From Microcystis aeruginosa NIES-843 (lineage in GTDB: Bacteria; Cyanobacteriota; Cyanobacteriia; Cyanobacteriales; Microcystaceae): 32,000 nucleotides of DNA. This document shows, piece after piece, positions 1 through 7,162 of the stretch (positions are counted from its first letter, which is position 1; each line of letters opens with the position of its first letter). The notes under the pieces were generated by a model that did no database searches, was not told the origin of the DNA, and worked only from the letters and a program-made list of their open reading frames with translations. The stretch is taken from assembly GCF_000010625.1 (NCBI RefSeq), contig NC_010296.1, positions 2,070,001 through 2,102,000 on the forward strand. Reading direction: 5' to 3'. The position numbers and the translations under genes are program-made.

Positions 1-410
1 GTGGCGATAGAAACGCTGTCAAAGATAGCATCGACGGCCACGTTAGACAGGCGTTTTTGTTCCGAAAGGGGAATGCCTAATTTTTCAAAGGTTTCGATTA
101 AAGTGGGGTCAACTTCTTCCAGACTGTTGAGTTTTTCTTTTTTCTGTTTGGGTGCAGAGTAGTAGATAATATTTTGATAATCAATGGCAGGATAGGAAAC
201 GTGCGGCCAACTGGGTTCGGTCATCTTTTGCCATTGATGGTAGGCCCGGAGACGAAAATCGAGCATGAATTCCGGTTCCTTCTTTTTCGCTGAAATTAGG
301 CGAATAATCTCCTCATTTAAACCGCGGGGGATGGTTTCCGATTCGATATCGGTGATGAAACCGTACTTGTAGGGTTGGTTAACGAGATTTTTAACGGTGG
401 TTGCACTCAT
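1..410 (-). CDS. sufB: Fe-S cluster assembly protein SufB, N-terminal part (gene continues past window start)
   Basis: Reverse-strand translation from the ATG (cat at 408-410) reads [89 protein letters not shown]... and stays open to position 1. This is a recognisable SufB N-terminus. It is divergent from sufR. It is absent from the ORF track because the window edge truncates it. Confidence 0.9.
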   Translation of the reverse strand, partial: MSATTVKNLVNQPYKYGFITDIESETIPRGLNEEIIRLISAKKKEPEFMLDFRLRAYHQWQKMTEPSWPHVSYPAIDYQNIIYYSAPKQKKEKLNSLEEVDPTLIETFEKLGIPLSEQKRLSNVAVDAIFDSVSIA

Positions 411-452
411 GGGGGTTAGTGTTCTCTCTACGCGGTAGGCAGGGGAGGCAGT

Positions 453-474
453 TAAACAACAATAAAGTTGTTTA
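453..474. promoter_or_regulatory. SufR operator candidate 1: perfect palindrome TAAACAAC-N6-GTTGTTTA
   Basis: taaacaac (453-460), aataaa, gttgttta (467-474). The core CAAC-N6-GTTG matches the inverted repeat reported for cyanobacterial SufR binding in the sufR-sufB intergenic region. It lies 43 bp upstream of the sufB start. Confidence 0.7.
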
Positions 475-493
475 AATTGATTATATAATAGAT

Positions 494-513
494 TAACAAC
501 AAAGCTGTTGTCA
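494..513. promoter_or_regulatory. SufR operator candidate 2: TAACAAC-N6-GTTGTCA
   Basis: taacaac (494-500), aaagct, gttgtca (507-513). This is a second CAAC-N6-GTTG core, 40 bp from the first and on the sufR side of the divergent region. Confidence 0.65.
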
Positions 514-633
514 AAGTCACGGAAAATTTCAGAGGATGCTGGTAAACCTCTGTTATTCAGGTTACTCTGTAGGGGTAATTGGCCGCTCCTTGACCCTCAG
601 CAATTGTACGCTAAAGCCTCTGTTTTTGGTATC

Positions 634-1272
634 ATGACCACGACTCAACCCGCCTCGACGAAAGACGATATTCTGCAATATTTGCTCAAAAACGGTCAAT
701 CTACCGCCCAAGACTTGGCTGAGGAGTTAAGTATTAGTCCGCAAGCGACGCGCCGCCATCTTAAGGATTTGGAGGAGGAAGGACTGATAGAATATTTTGC
801 CGTACAAAATAAGATAGGACGGCCCCAGCACATTTATCGTCTCAGTCGTCAAGGTCGTGGCCGTTTTCCCCATAATTACGATAATTTCGCCGTTTCTTTC
901 CTCAATACTCTCGTGGAGACGGTGGGAGAGCAACAGGTGGGGGAAATTCTCAAAAAACAGTGGCAACGCAAAGCGGCAGAATATCAATTGCGCCTCGGGA
1001 AGGGGTCTTTAGGGGAAAGAATGAGAAAATTGCTGGAAATTCGCCAAGAGGAGGGTTATATGGCAGAATTAGTGGCACTGGAAGCAGAAAATAGTTATGT
1101 CCTGGCCGAGCATCATTGCGCTATTGCTGAGGTGGCTGGTTCTTATCCCAGTATCTGTGGCCATGAATTAGAAATGTTTGCGATGCTGCTTCCCGATTGT
1201 ACGATCGAACGGACTCACTGGATCAATCAAGGTGAGCAACGATGTGGTTATCTAATTAAGTGCAAGGGATGA
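634..1272 (+). CDS. sufR: SufR, iron-sulfur cluster biosynthesis transcriptional regulator (winged-helix N-terminus, Cys-rich C-terminus)
   Basis: ORF 508..1272. I place the start at ATG 634 (MTTTQPASTKDDILQYLLKNGQSTAQDLAEELSISPQATRRHLKDLEEEGLI...) because the TTG at 508 lies inside operator 2. C-terminal cysteines (HHCAIAEV..SICGHE..LPDCT..QRCGY) fit a 4Fe-4S ligand set. The gene is divergent from sufB. Confidence 0.85.
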   Translation: MTTTQPASTKDDILQYLLKNGQSTAQDLAEELSISPQATRRHLKDLEEEGLIEYFAVQNKIGRPQHIYRLSRQGRGRFPHNYDNFAVSFLNTLVETVGEQQVGEILKKQWQRKAAEYQLRLGKGSLGERMRKLLEIRQEEGYMAELVALEAENSYVLAEHHCAIAEVAGSYPSICGHELEMFAMLLPDCTIERTHWINQGEQRCGYLIKCKG

Positions 1273-1471
1273 CAGAGAAAGATTAGTTATCTCTAGACTA
1301 CCAGCTGCTGTTCCGGCGTTCCCTAAAACCAGAGATTTCCTACCTTGCCATTAAGACAACTGCTATAAGAAAATAGTCATCGAAAATTTGGGTCTGAAAC
1401 CCCGTCGTTCTACGACGGCTTTACTGTTAAATATGAGCATCGTTTACGAAATATATGCTAAAATGTGAGGT

Positions 1472-2659
1472 ATGGAAAAAGCCTATTCGTTTCGATTTTA
1501 CCCCACACCCGAACAAGAGTCGCTATTGCGGCGCACTTTGGGCTGTGTAAGATTAGTTTACAACAAAGCTCTCCACGAACGAACACAAGCTTGGTACGAA
1601 AAGCAAGAAAGAGTAGGCTACGCTCAAACTTCTTCAATGTTGACTGAGTGGAAAAAACAAGAAGAATTAGACTTTTTAAACGAAGTAAGCTGTGTACCTT
1701 TACAACAAGGGTTAAGACACCTACAAACAGCTTTTACTAATTTCTTTGCTGGTCGGACTAAGTATCCTAACTTTAAGAAAAAACATCAAGGAGGAAGTGC
1801 CGAATTTACCAAATCTGCTTTTAAGTTCAAAGACAAACAAATCTATTTAGCTAAATGCACAGAACCTTTACCTATTCGATGGTCAAGACAAATACCAGAA
1901 AGCTGTGAACCAAGCACAGTAACAGTCAGATTACATCCTTCTGGACGTTGGCATATTTCAATAAGATTTGATGACCCAACGATTAAGCCTCTACCAGTAA
2001 CAGATAAAGCCATCGGAATTGACTTAGGAATTAGTAGCCTCGTGATTACCAGCGATGGCGATAAAGTGTCTAATCCCAAGCATTTTAAAAAGCATTATCG
2101 GAGACTGCGAAAGGCCCAAAAAAGCCTTTCTAGAAAACAGAAAGGCTCAAAGAATCGAGAAAAGGCAAGAATCAAAGTAGCCAGAATTCACGCTCAAATC
2201 ACGGATAGTAGAAAAGACCATTTACATAAGCTAACCACTCAATTAGTTCGTGAAAATCAAACGATTGTAGTTGAGAATTTAGCTGTCAAGAATATGGTCA
2301 AAAACCCGAAATTATCTCAGGCAATATCTGACGTTAGTTGGGGTGAAATCACCCGACAATTAGCCTATAAATGCCGTTGGTATGGGAGAAACTACATCGA
2401 AATAGATAGATGGTTTCCTAGTTCTAAACGGTGCAGTAATTGCGGGTATATTGCTGAGAAAATGCCGTTAAATGTTCGAGAGTGGGACTGTCCGAACTGT
2501 GGGACTCACCATGACCGAGATATTAACGCCAGTAAAAATATTTTGGCCGCAGGGCTTGCGGTGTCAGTCTGTAGAGCGACCATAAGACCAGAACAGAGTA
2601 AATCTGTTAAGGCAGGTGCGAAAAATCCTTCGGGAAAGAAGCAGAAACCTAAATCGTGA
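1472..2659 (+). CDS. tnpB: TnpB / IS605 OrfB-family RNA-guided endonuclease
   Basis: 395 aa. N-terminus MEKAYSFRFYPTPEQESLLRRTLGCVRLVYN. RuvC-like motifs: IGIDLG (D184, nt 2021-2023), VVENL (E268, nt 2273-2275) and HHDRDINASKNI. Zinc ribbon CSNCG...CPNCG. Confidence 0.9.
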   Translation: MEKAYSFRFYPTPEQESLLRRTLGCVRLVYNKALHERTQAWYEKQERVGYAQTSSMLTEWKKQEELDFLNEVSCVPLQQGLRHLQTAFTNFFAGRTKYPNFKKKHQGGSAEFTKSAFKFKDKQIYLAKCTEPLPIRWSRQIPESCEPSTVTVRLHPSGRWHISIRFDDPTIKPLPVTDKAIGIDLGISSLVITSDGDKVSNPKHFKKHYRRLRKAQKSLSRKQKGSKNREKARIKVARIHAQITDSRKDHLHKLTTQLVRENQTIVVENLAVKNMVKNPKLSQAISDVSWGEITRQLAYKCRWYGRNYIEIDRWFPSSKRCSNCGYIAEKMPLNVREWDCPNCGTHHDRDINASKNILAAGLAVSVCRATIRPEQSKSVKAGAKNPSGKKQKPKS

Positions 2660-2701
2660 GGTTTGGGAATCACCGTCCGTTTACGGCGGTGAGGATGTCA
2701 A
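2540..2701 (+). ncRNA. Predicted omega-RNA (reRNA) scaffold of TnpB element 1; 5' limit is a guess
   Basis: By analogy with characterised TnpB systems, the guide RNA scaffold overlaps the 3' end of tnpB plus the right end. Local hairpins are visible, e.g. ccgca-gggct-tgcgg at about 2547-2561 and the RE hairpin at 2671-2691. There is no direct transcript evidence. Confidence 0.35.
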
Positions 2702-2739
2702 CGGATAGCCAGTCGTCTAGAAATTAGTGCCTAAAAAGC

Positions 2740-2768
2740 TTGACATATAGACAATTATTTCCTAAGAT
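2740..2768 (+). promoter_or_regulatory. Sigma70-like promoter candidate (TTGACA, 17 nt spacer, TAAGAT)
   Basis: ttgaca at 2740-2745, 17-nt spacer, taagat at 2763-2768. It lies about 175 bp upstream of the sulfotransferase ATG, just outside the TnpB right end. This is a sequence match only. Confidence 0.25.
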
Positions 2769-2944
2769 GAACTTGTTTTTTACAACAATACAGCGTTTCT
2801 CAGATACATGAGGTTCATTCTTGCATCTGAAATACTTGATTAGCAAGGATTAGTCTCTGCTTCGCCTTTACCAGAAAGGCTGTAACTAATATGAACAACA
2901 ATCAAGACTTGAACGACTAAATTAGTCAAAAAAATCTGATAATT

Positions 2945-3853
2945 ATGTTAAAACAACCTTCATTTTTTATTGTTGGCGCACCAAAATCTGGAACCACGGC
3001 TCTTTGTAAATATCTGAGTAGACATCCTCAAATTTTTATCCCAGCAGAAAAAGAACTCAGATATTTTAATAGTAATGATCCTGTTTTCACCTTAGAAAAA
3101 TATCTCAATTTTTTTCGGGATGGACAGAAAATGATTTGTGGAGAAGGAACCCCCTCTTATCTAAGGAGTGAAACTGCCGCCGCTCGAATTTATGAATTCA
3201 ATCCCGAGGCGAAAATTATTATTATGTTGCGCGAACCCGTGGCTTTACTCTATTCTTTTCATGCTCAACTGTTATGGGACGGCAGCTCGGAAGATGAGAC
3301 AGATTTTTTAAAAGCACTTAATTTAGAAAATGAGCGCAGAGCAGGAAGATGTATACCAGAAAAGTGTTCAAATGTAGAAAAATTATTTTATAGAAATGTT
3401 GTCCAATTTACGGCACAAATTAAAAGATACTTGCGGTATTTTGACAAAAGTAAAATTCACATTATTATCTTTGATGATTTCGTCAACAAGACCGATGAAT
3501 CTTATCGAGAAGTTCTCAGATTTTTAGAAGTAGAGTATAGTTTTACTACCACATTTAACTCAACTAATAGCCGAAAAAAGGTTCGTAGCTATTTTCTACA
3601 AGATCTGTATAAAAGACCACCAGCAAAATTACTAGAGATTGGTAAATATTTTATTCCTTTACCTCAAGAACAAAGAAGAGAACTCTTGAAGAAAATTAAA
3701 GACTATCTCAAAAAAACGAACAAGCAAGTCCTATCCAAAGACGAGAAAAAACTGCCCATTGATATCCATAAAGCCTTACAGCAGGAGTTCATTCCAGAAA
3801 TACAGCAGTTAAGTCAGTTGATTGATAGAGATTTGAGTCATTGGCTCTTATAG
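2945..3853 (+). CDS. Sulfotransferase-family protein (PAPS-dependent type)
   Basis: 302 aa. N-terminal FFIVGAPKSGTTAL resembles a 5'-phosphosulfate-binding loop, and IIIMLREPVALLYSFH resembles the 3'-phosphate-binding region. The gene is very AT-rich (e.g. 14 G+C in nt 3421-3480). Confidence 0.75.
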   Translation: MLKQPSFFIVGAPKSGTTALCKYLSRHPQIFIPAEKELRYFNSNDPVFTLEKYLNFFRDGQKMICGEGTPSYLRSETAAARIYEFNPEAKIIIMLREPVALLYSFHAQLLWDGSSEDETDFLKALNLENERRAGRCIPEKCSNVEKLFYRNVVQFTAQIKRYLRYFDKSKIHIIIFDDFVNKTDESYREVLRFLEVEYSFTTTFNSTNSRKKVRSYFLQDLYKRPPAKLLEIGKYFIPLPQEQRRELLKKIKDYLKKTNKQVLSKDEKKLPIDIHKALQQEFIPEIQQLSQLIDRDLSHWLL

Positions 3854-3986
3854 CTGAACTTTCCCCCAAGAAAAATCACGAAAGCCTTCCCCCGAGGTAG
3901 TTGTATCGATTTTTGAACTAGCCGTTATCGGGTACAATCGACAAACAAGGCTTCCTTAAAAAATATTCGCTGAATAGTTCAGATAC

Positions 3987-5543
3987 CTAACCTGCACCGC
4001 TGCCTAATAAAAATAAACTTAACAGGGTGCCACCATTCCAGAGACTATGAACCAACATCGAGGATAATAAATTTTTCGATCGGGTGTAAACAAAGCCAAG
4101 AACACAACCTAGGACGGTTAAAGGCAGCACTTCTGACAAATTTTGGTGAGCCAGGGCGAAAATCAAACTACTAAGAGCGATCGCAGCCCAGACGGGTAGA
4201 TAACGAGTCAAAGAAGCTAGTAAAAAGCCGCGAAAGACAATTTCCTCGAAAAAAGGAGCGGCAAGGGAAGCAGTAAAGGCAAAACAGAGTAAAGCGAAGG
4301 TATTCTGGGATTCTAGAGCTAAAGTCAGCAGCGGGTTACTGCCCCCTTGTCCTTGCCAAATTAGTTGATTAAGCAAAGAAACGATAATAACGAGGGGTAA
4401 AGCGACGAAATAGCCGGCCAATCCCCAGAGAAGCCAAGGACTAAAGAGGTTAAAACGAAACCAATCGGGAGGTAAAGGGCGAAAAGGCTTGATCGCTAGG
4501 TATAAAACCGATAAACTGCTCACTGTTAAGGCTAAATAACTAACTACAACGTATATTGCTTTAGCTTCTAGGTTAAATTGTTCGGGATTGAGACTCAAGA
4601 AACTCGATAAAATCACGAAAATTACCGGTAAAACAATTTGTCCGACGAAAAAGAAACCGATAATTATTCCCCACCAGAGGGTTTCTCCTCCCCACTTAGT
4701 TTGCCAAGCGAGACTATCATCTAAAAAGAGCAGCGATCGCTGTTGACGGAGAAGCCACTGCACTAATAAAAAGATCAACAGCACAACACCGATTAAACCA
4801 CCGATAAGAGGCAACAAAGCCAGTAAAATTAGTTTAATTAACGCATTAGCCGCCACTTCACTCTGTTCTTCCTCTAAAGCGAGTAAATCCTCTTGACGAT
4901 TTTCGAGACTATATAATTTTTCCAGAATGGTATAACGAAACCATCCTTGAAAATTGCGCTCGATTCTCGCTTCAGCATCGGCAGCAATTTGGGGGGGGTC
5001 ACTGTACAATCCCTCTAACAGCAGCGCATTTCGTAAAATAGCAGGCTTATAGTTCTTAAATTCTGATTTTTCCTTGATATCTTGCCAGATTTGCCGTGCT
5101 GAATCCAAGTCACCTTGACTAGCTTGAATGAGACTTAATTTTAGCTCTAAATCTTTTAAGGAATTGATTTCGCGCTCAAGAGATTTTTTTTGTTCGGGAT
5201 TAACTGCTGATTTTTCTAGTTCGGTGATTGTTTTTTTGGCACTTTTCTGGGCTGATAAATACTGTTCCTCGGCAGTGGTATAAGGAGCTTCACCGATCAG
5301 GGAAGTTTGAATTAATTTAAGATTAGCAAATTCCTCGCTATTAGGGTCAGCATCGCTGCTGAGAGTCGTGGCTTGTAGATTGATATTGGTTTGATACAGT
5401 TGAATATTCGATTGGATTTGAGGCTGATTAACACTAGAAATTAAAGCTGTAACCACTGGAGTTAAAGCAATAATTGTTAAGAAAAAAGCGAGCGCTTGTT
5501 TGAGACTTTGCCAGGGGAGTTTTTTTGAGAAATTATCGAACAT
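3987..5543 (-). CDS. CPBP-family intramembrane glutamic endopeptidase (CAAX protease / Abi-like) with a long N-terminal extracytoplasmic domain
   Basis: 518 aa. The C-terminal polytopic region carries EEIVFRGF, FALAHQ and HSLWN motifs typical of the CPBP family. The N-terminus has one TM segment followed by about 200 aa of charged, coiled-coil-like sequence. Confidence 0.75.
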   Translation of the reverse strand: MFDNFSKKLPWQSLKQALAFFLTIIALTPVVTALISSVNQPQIQSNIQLYQTNINLQATTLSSDADPNSEEFANLKLIQTSLIGEAPYTTAEEQYLSAQKSAKKTITELEKSAVNPEQKKSLEREINSLKDLELKLSLIQASQGDLDSARQIWQDIKEKSEFKNYKPAILRNALLLEGLYSDPPQIAADAEARIERNFQGWFRYTILEKLYSLENRQEDLLALEEEQSEVAANALIKLILLALLPLIGGLIGVVLLIFLLVQWLLRQQRSLLFLDDSLAWQTKWGGETLWWGIIIGFFFVGQIVLPVIFVILSSFLSLNPEQFNLEAKAIYVVVSYLALTVSSLSVLYLAIKPFRPLPPDWFRFNLFSPWLLWGLAGYFVALPLVIIVSLLNQLIWQGQGGSNPLLTLALESQNTFALLCFAFTASLAAPFFEEIVFRGFLLASLTRYLPVWAAIALSSLIFALAHQNLSEVLPLTVLGCVLGFVYTRSKNLLSSMLVHSLWNGGTLLSLFLLGSGAG

Positions 5544-5556
5544 GAAAATAGTTAAG

Positions 5557-5710
5557 TGGGAGTTAGGGGTTAGGTGATGGGGTGATGGGGGTTGGGTAAT
5601 AGGTGTTGGGGTTTTAGGGTTTTAGGATTTTAGGGTTTTAGTTGAAATTCCCCTATCCCCCCATTACCCTATTCCTCCATTTCCCTATCCCTAATCCCTA
5701 TACCCTAATT
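5557..5710. repeat. G-rich tandem-repeat arm followed by a C-rich arm (imperfect dyad)
   Basis: 5557-5642 reads gggagttaggggttaggtgatggggtgatgggggttggg...(gggtttta)x4-like. 5650-5710 reads cccctatccccccattaccctattcctccatttccctatccctaatccctataccctaatt. The region lies between the CPBP start and the GT4 stop. Confidence 0.8.
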
Positions 5711-5711
5711 A

Positions 5712-6938
5712 TTAACTAACTACTTGAGAAAAAAGATTTTCGTATTGATCCAAAGTCTTTTCAAAGGCATAATTTTCCTCCGCGTATTGTCGTCCTTTTT
5801 CTCCTAGTATAGTTGCTAAATCTGGGTTTTTGTATAATTTTAAAATAGCCGTAGCTAATGCCTCTGGATCTTCAGGAGTAACCACCAAACCACCACCACT
5901 ACGCTCGATCGCCCTAGCGGCGGTTCCATCGGCGGCAACAGAAGCAATAATAGCACGGCCACTAGCTAATAATACCTGAATTTTGGACGGCATATTAAAG
6001 GAAATAACGTTATGTTTTTGCATCACCATACCCACATCGGCGGCTGCTAACATTTCTGGTAATTTTTCCCGGGGTTGAAAGGGTAATAAAAGCACATTAC
6101 TGGCCCCCTGTTGTTGGCGATACTTTTCTAGGCGATCGAGTGCTTCTTTTTTACCAACAATTACCACTTTAATCTCAGGGATGTCAACTAAGTAAACTGC
6201 AGCATCGATCAGGGTTTCTAGGGGTTGGGTTAGGGCAATATTGCCAGAATATAAAACAACAAATTTGCCCTCAAGATGATTTTCTTGGCGAAAATAATTA
6301 TTGTTTTTCGGCAGAGGTTTAATAAAGCTTACATCCACCCAATTAGGAATTTCAATAATTTTCTGACTCGGCACATTTTTAGTTAGGAGATTTTTGGTAA
6401 AACCATCGGCAATAACCGAGATTTTGCTGGCAGTTTGATAGGCAAATTTTTCGAGACGACTAAAAACCTTAATCATTTTCTCATTAGTTAATAATCCCAC
6501 ATGAACTGCCGCATCGGGCAAAATATCCTGTAAATTTAGAATAATCGGTACCCCATATAATTTACTCAATAAAGCGGCGGGAACGCAAACGGGTAATCCG
6601 GGGACAGTTAAGAAAATTAGATCGGGTTTTTCACCCTTGAGAGCCTGAAAGAAACTCAAAAAAACAAAGCTCAATTCAAATAAAATTCGATTTTTTAAAC
6701 TTCTTTGGGGACGCGCCCAGACGTAGGAACGTTGAATTTTAACACCATTTCGTTCTTCTTCTAGATAGATTTTTCCTCGGTATTCGGGATCGATTTCACT
6801 ATTAGGATACCAAGGAAAAGCGGTTAAAACCCTGACTTGATGACCTCTTTTAACCAATCCTTCCGCTAATTCCGTCATCAGGGGAGCGATGCCGATCGGT
6901 TCGGGATAATAGTTATAAGAATAGAGCAAAATTCGCAT
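5712..6938 (-). CDS. Glycosyltransferase family 4 (WcaI-like)
   Basis: 408 aa. The N-terminus MRILLYSYNYYPEPIGIAPLMTELAEGLVKRGHQVRVLT and the C-terminal GT-B region (PSKIQVLLASGRAIIAS) are typical of GT4 enzymes. Confidence 0.8.
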   Translation of the reverse strand: MRILLYSYNYYPEPIGIAPLMTELAEGLVKRGHQVRVLTAFPWYPNSEIDPEYRGKIYLEEERNGVKIQRSYVWARPQRSLKNRILFELSFVFLSFFQALKGEKPDLIFLTVPGLPVCVPAALLSKLYGVPIILNLQDILPDAAVHVGLLTNEKMIKVFSRLEKFAYQTASKISVIADGFTKNLLTKNVPSQKIIEIPNWVDVSFIKPLPKNNNYFRQENHLEGKFVVLYSGNIALTQPLETLIDAAVYLVDIPEIKVVIVGKKEALDRLEKYRQQQGASNVLLLPFQPREKLPEMLAAADVGMVMQKHNVISFNMPSKIQVLLASGRAIIASVAADGTAARAIERSGGGLVVTPEDPEALATAILKLYKNPDLATILGEKGRQYAEENYAFEKTLDQYENLFSQVVS

Positions 6939-7162
6939 AGGGATGGCAATTTGGTTGGGCGATTCAGTTTCATGATTTTATCAATAGTTACTGTTTTTTT
7001 GACAAATCAGATGCGCTTTTGTCAGGGATGACCCTAGAAAGAGGTTTGGCATCAGGTGAGGATTAGCGGTGAGAGATGCGGAAAAAAAGGGAAATTGGCT
7101 AATAAATTAATCCTCAAAACCCCTAACTATTCCCCCTTTTACCCCTGCCTAAATACTGACCC

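Larger units (their letters stand above)
1390..2701 (+). mobile_element. IS200/IS605-family element carrying only tnpB (IS1341-like, no tnpA); boundaries approximate
   Basis: Left hairpin CCGTCG-ttcta-CGACGG at 1402-1418. A related imperfect hairpin caccgtc-cgtttac-ggcggtg lies at 2671-2691, 12 nt after the tnpB stop. The tail is ...gaggatgtcaa, ending about 2701. No Y1 transposase ORF is adjacent. Confidence 0.75.

Noticed and set aside
508-633. N-terminal 42-codon extension of the sufR ORF from the TTG at 508
   Set aside because: The TTG lies inside the second SufR operator palindrome, and the extension ([23 protein letters not shown]...) does not look like part of the winged-helix domain. 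ATG 634 gives a typical SufR N-terminus.
727-987. Short ORFs antisense to or out of frame with confidently called genes (727-987, 1465-1647, 1843-2079, 7842-8030, 11233-11433, 12473-12673, 16307-16531, 22729-22932, 22945-23223, 22979-23236, 24071-24325, 24851-25063, 25546-25776, 25830-26021, 27209-27418, 27500-27718, 30986-31222, 31232-31495)
   Set aside because: All lie wholly or largely within longer ORFs that have clear family signatures. Their translations are low-complexity or Arg/Ser/Pro-rich, as expected of shadow frames.
1456-1464. Extended -10-like tgctaaaat just upstream of tnpB element 1 as the tnpB promoter
   Set aside because: It would place the transcription start at or after the ATG (1472) and downstream of the GAGG ribosome-binding site. 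It is therefore unlikely to serve tnpB unless the mRNA is leaderless. No -35 element was found.
5615-5642. Telomere-like (GGGTTTTA)n repeat
   Set aside because: There are only about four units, embedded in a larger G-rich block in the middle of a bacterial gene cluster. Nothing indicates a linear replicon end. The resemblance is compositional.
6997-7030. Hairpin tgacaaa-tcagatgcgc-tttgtca as the purD terminator
   Set aside because: On the minus (purD) strand the stem is followed by an A-run, not a U-run. On the plus strand the T-run precedes the stem. This does not fit an intrinsic terminator in either direction.
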